From an uncultured Acidiferrobacteraceae bacterium (GTDB taxonomy: Bacteria; Pseudomonadota; Gammaproteobacteria; Acidiferrobacterales; SZUA-150), in assembly GCA_913009895.1 (NCBI GenBank), contig CAJVXY010000008.1:9904-73903 (forward strand): DNA of 64,000 bases, written 5' to 3'. The notes under the pieces were generated by a model, which searched no databases, had not been told where the DNA came from, and saw only the letters and a program-made list of their open reading frames with translations. Below, piece by piece: positions 59,212 to 64,000 of the stretch. Position 1 is the stretch's first letter. The number at the start of each line of letters is the position of its first letter. Made by a program: the position numbers and the translations under genes.

Positions 59212-59609
59212 TCACACTGATTTTTGCTGTTCACTATTTTAATGCTTTCAGTCCCGCCTTTTGCTGCTATTTCCGATAACCTGGATACTGGTTCGTTGGC
59301 GTAGTTTATGGTTCGAATTAACATGGGTAAATTTAGTCCTGACACCATCTCAATTTTTCCTTGCTCAATAATTTGACAGGCAATATTGCAGTGGGTTGCG
59401 CCATATATGTCGCACAGGATTAGCACGCCGTTTGAATTTTCATGCGCATTTATTTTTGCCATGAGCTGCTTGTTGATATCCTCGGTTTTATCATTGGGTA
59501 ATATTTGCACCAGGCCAATATCATCCAGGGGCCTGGCCAGCACGTGAGTTGCGGAATTTATTAAATTTTTTCCGAAATGAGGAAAAGTCAGTAACAATAT
59601 ACTGGTCAT
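59199..59609 (-). CDS. PTS EIIA component, mannose/fructose family
   Basis: The 136-aa product starts ILLLTFPHFGKNLINSATHVL, which aligns to the THG..A active-site His region. Its position between rapZ and HPr is as in beta- and some gammaproteobacterial clusters. Confidence 0.7.
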   Translation of the reverse strand: MTSILLLTFPHFGKNLINSATHVLARPLDDIGLVQILPNDKTEDINKQLMAKINAHENSNGVLILCDIYGATHCNIACQIIEQGKIEMVSGLNLPMLIRTINYANEPVSRLSEIAAKGGTESIKIVNSKNQCDCPK

Positions 59610-60460
59610 GTTAACTCCCTGTGTCGAACCTGGGTTCTGTATCCTTTATCGGCAAAAAAGTCGCCTATTTTTTTTGCCAAGTAGACTGACCGGTGTTGTC
59701 CACCTGTACAGCCAATGGCAATCGTAAGATAACTTCTTGGTTCCTCAATAAAGTTAGGCAACCATTTTTGAAGAAAATTTTGAATTTCACTGGCCATTTC
59801 GGCAGTTTCCTTATGTTCATCCATGAATGATATAATTGGTTTATCCAGCCCGGAATATTCCCGTAGCTCCGGTTGCCAATACGGGTTTGGCAGGCAACGA
59901 ACATCAAACACAAAGTCAGCATCGAGCGGTGTGCCTCTTTTAAACCCAAATGATTCAAATAAAAGCGTAATAGGTGCTTCATTGTCTGAACCAATGAAAT
60001 CACGAATTTTCGATCTTAATTGTTTTGGTGTGGTATGTGCGGTTTCAATGCGAAGATCAGCATTTTCAGACAACGGTTCAAGTAACTTTCGTTCAAGCTC
60101 GATTCCCTCAAGCAGGGAAGTATACTGGTCCGTCATCGGATGTCTTCTTCGCGTTTCTTTGTATCGCTTTATTAAAATATTATCGCTGGTATCAAGAAAG
60201 ATAATTTTATGTGTAATGCCCAGTGCTTTGAGTTCTTTAAGCGTTTTCGGTAGTGCATCCAGAAAAAGTCGATTGCGCACATCAATACCGACAGCTGCAG
60301 ACTGGTTCTCTTCAGGACTACTTTCCTGTAATTGTTGAACAAAGTGTGGAAGCAGACCGGCAGGGAGGTTATCTATGCAGTAAAAGCCAAAATCTTCCAG
60401 GGCCTGTAGTGCGATTGATTTACCAGATCCGGATAATCCACTAACTATTATCAGATTCAT
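59606..60460 (-). CDS. rapZ: RNase adapter protein RapZ (YhbJ)
   Basis: MNLIIVSGLSGSGKSIALQALEDFGFYCIDNLP is present, with C-terminal AIGCTGGQHRSV. Confidence 0.95.
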   Translation of the reverse strand: MNLIIVSGLSGSGKSIALQALEDFGFYCIDNLPAGLLPHFVQQLQESSPEENQSAAVGIDVRNRLFLDALPKTLKELKALGITHKIIFLDTSDNILIKRYKETRRRHPMTDQYTSLLEGIELERKLLEPLSENADLRIETAHTTPKQLRSKIRDFIGSDNEAPITLLFESFGFKRGTPLDADFVFDVRCLPNPYWQPELREYSGLDKPIISFMDEHKETAEMASEIQNFLQKWLPNFIEEPRSYLTIAIGCTGGQHRSVYLAKKIGDFFADKGYRTQVRHRELT

Positions 60461-61424
60461 TTTTATTGTTACTAATCATGTTTTGCTGGCGGACGGAGAA
60501 TTCCTGGTAGGCATCAATGCCTTTCATACGAAGCATGTAAGTGCGTGCAGCCGCCTCAACCAATACCGCAAGATTTCTTCCTGGTGCAACGTATAAGATT
60601 ATTTCGGGAATGTCTACTTCGAGTAACGTGCTGGTCATTAAATTTGCCTGTAGTCGATCGATATTATCCGGTAATTCTGTTTTTAATTGCTTGAGCGTAA
60701 GAATTAAATGCAGCTTTTTTTTATGACGGGTGGCGGTTTCACCAAACATAGCGCGTACATTGATAATACCAAGCCCGCGGACTTCCATAAAATCTACCAG
60801 TATTTTCGGGCACTGACCTACCAGGATATCTGGTCCTACGCGCACAAAATCTACCGCGTCATCTGCAATTAGCCTGTGATTTCTGCTGAGCAATTCCAGT
60901 GCCAGCTCGCTTTTGCCAATGCCACTTTCACCACGAATGAATATACCCGTGCCCAGTACTTCCATGTAGACCCCATGTACTGTCAGCAAAGGTGCCAGCG
61001 CCCTGGTCAGGTAGTACTGGAGATTTTCGATTATTATAGGGCTGGACAAGTTTGAGAGAAAAAGAGGTGTGTTGCTGGATTTAGCGCCTGCCAGTAAATC
61101 TTGCGGGCAGGATTTACCTGAGATAATAACTATAATTGTAGCATCACACTCGAATAATTCTGTCAGCGAGTGTTTTTTAATGCGCTCATCCAGCGCTTCC
61201 AGATAGCTGAGTTCAGTTTCACCTAAAACCTGGACACGATTGGGGTGAATAAGATTAAGGTGACCGACAAGGGCAAGCCCCGGGTGCCTGGCCGTATTGG
61301 GCTCTAGTTGTGTTTGGTTGCCGGATTTTCCGGCGAGCCATTTTAGCTGAAGCTGATCTTTCTGTCTCTCGTAAAGATCCTGAACAGTAAGTGTTGGTTG
61401 GTTAAGAGGGTCAGATGCGCTCAA
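60441..61424 (-). CDS. hprK: HPr kinase/phosphorylase
   Basis: The P-loop is GESGIGKSELALEL. LIADDAV and EVRGLGIINV are HprK signatures. Confidence 0.9.
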   Translation of the reverse strand: MSASDPLNQPTLTVQDLYERQKDQLQLKWLAGKSGNQTQLEPNTARHPGLALVGHLNLIHPNRVQVLGETELSYLEALDERIKKHSLTELFECDATIIVIISGKSCPQDLLAGAKSSNTPLFLSNLSSPIIIENLQYYLTRALAPLLTVHGVYMEVLGTGIFIRGESGIGKSELALELLSRNHRLIADDAVDFVRVGPDILVGQCPKILVDFMEVRGLGIINVRAMFGETATRHKKKLHLILTLKQLKTELPDNIDRLQANLMTSTLLEVDIPEIILYVAPGRNLAVLVEAAARTYMLRMKGIDAYQEFSVRQQNMISNNKNESDNS

Positions 61425-61879
61425 CCTGTTTCCCGGTTAGTGAGATATTGATAAATTTCTTCTTTATTTTTTGCGCCCAGGATATTTGCCCGTGTTTCAT
61501 CATTATTTAACACGGTTGCTATTCTTGCGAGTAGCTGCAAGTGATCTTCGGTTGCCTGTTCAGGCACGAGTAGCGCAAAAACCATCTTGATTGGCTCATG
61601 GTCAATAGCGTCGTAATCTACCTCTTTTTCCAGGGTAGCAAACGCACCTATTGCTTTATCAAGACCTTTCAGGCGACCGTGCGGCAAGGCAACACCATGA
61701 CCAATACCAGTACTGCCAAGCCGTTCTCTATCGAGCAATGACTGGAATGCCGCGTATTCATCCAGGCCCGGTTCATCAGCATGCATTAGTGTGCTTAATT
61801 GCTCAAGCAAACGTTTTTTGCTTGTTACGGGCATTGAAAACTCAATACGTTCTGGCGATATGAGTTCTTGTAATTGCAT
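61421..61879 (-). CDS. ptsN: PTS-Ntr EIIA (PtsN)
   Basis: GIGHGVALPHGR is the phosphorylatable-His motif. The position after hpf is conserved. Confidence 0.93.
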   Translation of the reverse strand: MQLQELISPERIEFSMPVTSKKRLLEQLSTLMHADEPGLDEYAAFQSLLDRERLGSTGIGHGVALPHGRLKGLDKAIGAFATLEKEVDYDAIDHEPIKMVFALLVPEQATEDHLQLLARIATVLNNDETRANILGAKNKEEIYQYLTNRETG

Positions 61880-61900
61880 TTCGATATACCTTATAGCCGA

Positions 61901-62230
61901 CTACTCTACTACGGTTCTCTTCAAGTCAGCGCCATGGGAACGATGATGATTTGTTTTCTTTTCCTTGTGTTTGATAATTTGACGATCCAGCTTATCGGCC
62001 AGGATATCTATAGCAGCATACATATCTTCCCCTTCGGCATTGGCATGAATGGTGGCGCCAGTTGCATTTACTGTGGCTTCCGCCATCTGCCGGTTTTTTT
62101 CTACCCTGAGAACGACATGAGTAGTGGTCACGTGATCAAAATGTTTTTCCAGTTTGCTAACTTTTTCAGAGGCGTAGTCTTTAAGTGAGTTGGTGATTTC
62201 TACATGTTGTCCAGTGACGTTTATTTGCAT
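61901..62230 (-). CDS. hpf: Ribosome hibernation promoting factor
   Basis: From the ATG at 62230 (AAAGGAG lies 7 nt upstream) it reads MQINVTGQHVEITNSLKDY...EDMYAAIDILADKLDRQ. Confidence 0.93.
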   Translation of the reverse strand: MQINVTGQHVEITNSLKDYASEKVSKLEKHFDHVTTTHVVLRVEKNRQMAEATVNATGATIHANAEGEDMYAAIDILADKLDRQIIKHKEKKTNHHRSHGADLKRTVVE

Positions 62231-62253
62231 TATTGGTACTCCTTTAGGCTGGT

Positions 62254-63750
62254 TCAAATAAGCGCCTTGCGCTGATTTGAAGGTGGTATATTCATTGATT
62301 CACGGTATTTAGCTATTGTTCTTCTGGCAACATTGATGCCCTGAGTCGCCATGATTTTAGCGATATTGTTATCACTAATAGGCTTGTGGGTAGGCTCTGC
62401 GGCCACCAGTTTTTTGATTAATGAACGAATTGCAGTGGCAGAACAAGTGCCACCATCGACAGTACCCACATGACTGGAGAAAAAGAATTTTAGCTCAAAA
62501 ATACCGCGTGGCGTTAACATGTACTTATTAGTTGTTACTCTTGAAATTGTAGATTCATGCATCTCAACTGCTTCGGCAATATCGTGCAGCACCAATGGCC
62601 TCATTGCTTCAGCCCCATGATCTAAAAAAGCCCGCTGCCGGTCAACTATCTTTTTTGCAACTTTTAGCAAGGTATCGTTTCTGCTGTGTAGACTCTTTAA
62701 AAACCATTTTGCCTGCTGTAATTGTTCGGTCAAATATTTCTTGTCATTTTTATCTGTTTTAGTACTGCCTGCACGTGCCATGCTCTCATACATTCGATTA
62801 ATTTGCAGCTTGGGTGAATGGTCTCCATTCAGGTCAGCTCGCCACCGACCTTTGACTTTCCTCACTATCACGTCCGGCGAGATATAAGCCGCCTGGGTCG
62901 CATGAATACTGCTGCCCGGACGTGGATTTAGCTGCTGGATAAGCAGAATTGCCTGTTGTAGTGCATCCTGGTCAAATTTAAGCTGTTTTTTCAGGTTGGC
63001 TGTGTCCCGGTTGGCCAGTAGCGCAAGATTAGTGGCTGTGGCCAGTTTTTTGGCCTGTTCAAGATAGGGCGTAGCCGGGTCAAGAACCCGCAATTGCAGT
63101 TGCAGTGTCTCAGCCAGGTCTCTGCCGCCAACACCTAAAGGGTCGAAGTTCTGTATGCAATGCAGTACTGCTTCTATCTCATCGAGCTCGAATGGGTCAT
63201 TATTCTCCAGCCCAGGGTCATCTGAGCCGGCCTTATTCAGTGAAGTGCAGATATCTTCCAGTGTTGAGGCCAGGTAACCATCTTCGTTAATTGAATCAAT
63301 GATGTTGTCTGCGATAGACCGATCCCTGCCAGAGAATGGCGACATTTGTGCTTGCCACTGTAAGTGATCGGTCAGGGTTTCAGGGGCGCTGTTGCGGGCA
63401 TCCAGATCGGGAAAATCCCCGTCTGTGTTAGTGCGAGTAGTGCCACTACTGATGGTGGCATCATATTGGTTATCCCATTCAGGTGGATCCTCGGTATCGC
63501 CGCTGCTGGAGTCCATGTGCAAATCAGTGGGTTCTGGTGAGCCATTTTCAGATTGGTCTACCTGTTCCGCTTTGGTGCCATCCTGGTTTGACTCATCATC
63601 ACTTTCCTCAAGCATGGGGTTACTTTCCAATGCCTCCTGGATTTCCTGTTGCAACTCAAGTGAAGATAATTGCAATAACCTGATCGCCTGCTGAAGCTGC
63701 GGGGTAATGGTCAGTTGTTGACCAATTTTGAATTCTAGCGATGGCTTCAT
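62254..63750 (-). CDS. rpoN: RNA polymerase sigma-54 factor
   Basis: The N-terminus LQQAIRLLQLSSLELQQEIQEALESNPMLE is followed by an acidic region. The C-terminal RpoN box is ARRTIAKYRE. Confidence 0.97.
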   Translation of the reverse strand: MKPSLEFKIGQQLTITPQLQQAIRLLQLSSLELQQEIQEALESNPMLEESDDESNQDGTKAEQVDQSENGSPEPTDLHMDSSSGDTEDPPEWDNQYDATISSGTTRTNTDGDFPDLDARNSAPETLTDHLQWQAQMSPFSGRDRSIADNIIDSINEDGYLASTLEDICTSLNKAGSDDPGLENNDPFELDEIEAVLHCIQNFDPLGVGGRDLAETLQLQLRVLDPATPYLEQAKKLATATNLALLANRDTANLKKQLKFDQDALQQAILLIQQLNPRPGSSIHATQAAYISPDVIVRKVKGRWRADLNGDHSPKLQINRMYESMARAGSTKTDKNDKKYLTEQLQQAKWFLKSLHSRNDTLLKVAKKIVDRQRAFLDHGAEAMRPLVLHDIAEAVEMHESTISRVTTNKYMLTPRGIFELKFFFSSHVGTVDGGTCSATAIRSLIKKLVAAEPTHKPISDNNIAKIMATQGINVARRTIAKYRESMNIPPSNQRKALI

Positions 63751-63893
63751 AGGTATGTAAGTGGGTCCATTTTAGCTTAAGTGCAAGACACTAATTGTCC
63801 GAAAAAATATTGGTTTGCCTTGTTTAAAGTGTAGCTCACTAAAACAACAATAAATAATGAAGTAATACAATAAGTTCCGTGCCGGAACCCGGT

Positions 63894-64000
63894 TCAGAGG
63901 CGAAAATCCTGGCCCAGGTAAACGTCCCTGACGGTTTGGTTGGCCAGTACGGCTTCGGCAGTACCTGCGGTTAATATTTTACCATCACTTAAAATATAGG
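63894..64000 (-). CDS. lptB: LPS export ABC transporter ATP-binding protein LptB, 3' end only (runs off the window)
   Basis: My hand translation of the minus strand gives ...YILSDGKILTAGTAEAVLANQTVRDVYLGQDFRL*, a typical LptB C-terminus. The position upstream of rpoN is conserved. Confidence 0.75.
   Translation of the reverse strand, partial: YILSDGKILTAGTAEAVLANQTVRDVYLGQDFRL

Noticed and set aside
63874-63888. Small hairpin gttccg-tgc-cggaac between lptB and rpoN as a terminator
   Set aside because: The stem is only 6 bp with a 3-nt loop and a weak U-tract on the minus strand. lptB and rpoN are normally co-transcribed, so I left it unannotated as too weak to call.
1-64000. tRNA/rRNA genes, CRISPR arrays, IS elements, integrases and known defence systems
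   Set aside because: I scanned by eye for T-loop-like GGTTCGAATCC motifs, regularly spaced direct repeats, terminal inverted repeats flanking transposase-like ORFs, and signature proteins. None was found. The single GGTTCGAA hit (~9705) is inside the DMT transporter CDS.

Overview
This 64-kb window looks like a moderately AT-rich gammaproteobacterial chromosome; the order cannot be resolved from sequence alone.

**Housekeeping backbone (about 35.6-64 kb).** The plus strand carries miaB-phoH/ybeZ-ybeY-corC-lnt, leuS-lptE-holA, proA, nadD-rsfS-rlmH, maf-rng-yhdP-nitrilase-like and mgtE. A tightly overlapping minus-strand operon follows: lptB (3' end only)-rpoN-hpf-ptsN-hprK-rapZ-EIIA(Man family)-HPr-EI.

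**Accessory patchwork (about 0-35 kb).**
- A DsrC/TusE-like protein, a YkgJ Cys-cluster protein, DUF4188 and an MBL-fold alkyl sulfatase.
- Many small membrane or unknown proteins, nhaA, and a membrane-anchored deiodinase-like thioredoxin-fold protein.
- trhP (yegQ), a GGDEF protein and an isolated B12-binding radical SAM enzyme.
- A GC-richer block: TauD-like, yhcC-like radical SAM, ubiU, ubiV, ubiT (opposite strand) and ubiD.
- A run of small detox/efflux-type genes.
- A same-strand block of PhnD-like binding protein, HAMP-GGDEF-EAL, Sel1-repeat protein and ankyrin lipoprotein.
- A bacterial double-AP2 DNA-binding protein.

**Not found.** I saw no tRNA or rRNA gene, CRISPR array, transposase, integrase or recognisable defence system. 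I could not identify a convincing self-contained novel system.

**Best leads.**
1. The yhcC-like radical SAM gene is translationally coupled to ubiU, downstream of a TauD-like dioxygenase gene.
2. A roughly 160-bp nested perfect-stem palindrome lies at about 6.0 kb.
3. The binding protein/c-di-GMP/Sel1/ankyrin block.
4. Two membrane-protein genes are each broken by one extra T in a T7 run. A third reading-frame relic lies at 0.6-0.9 kb.

All functional calls rest on motif recognition from memory, not on database searches.
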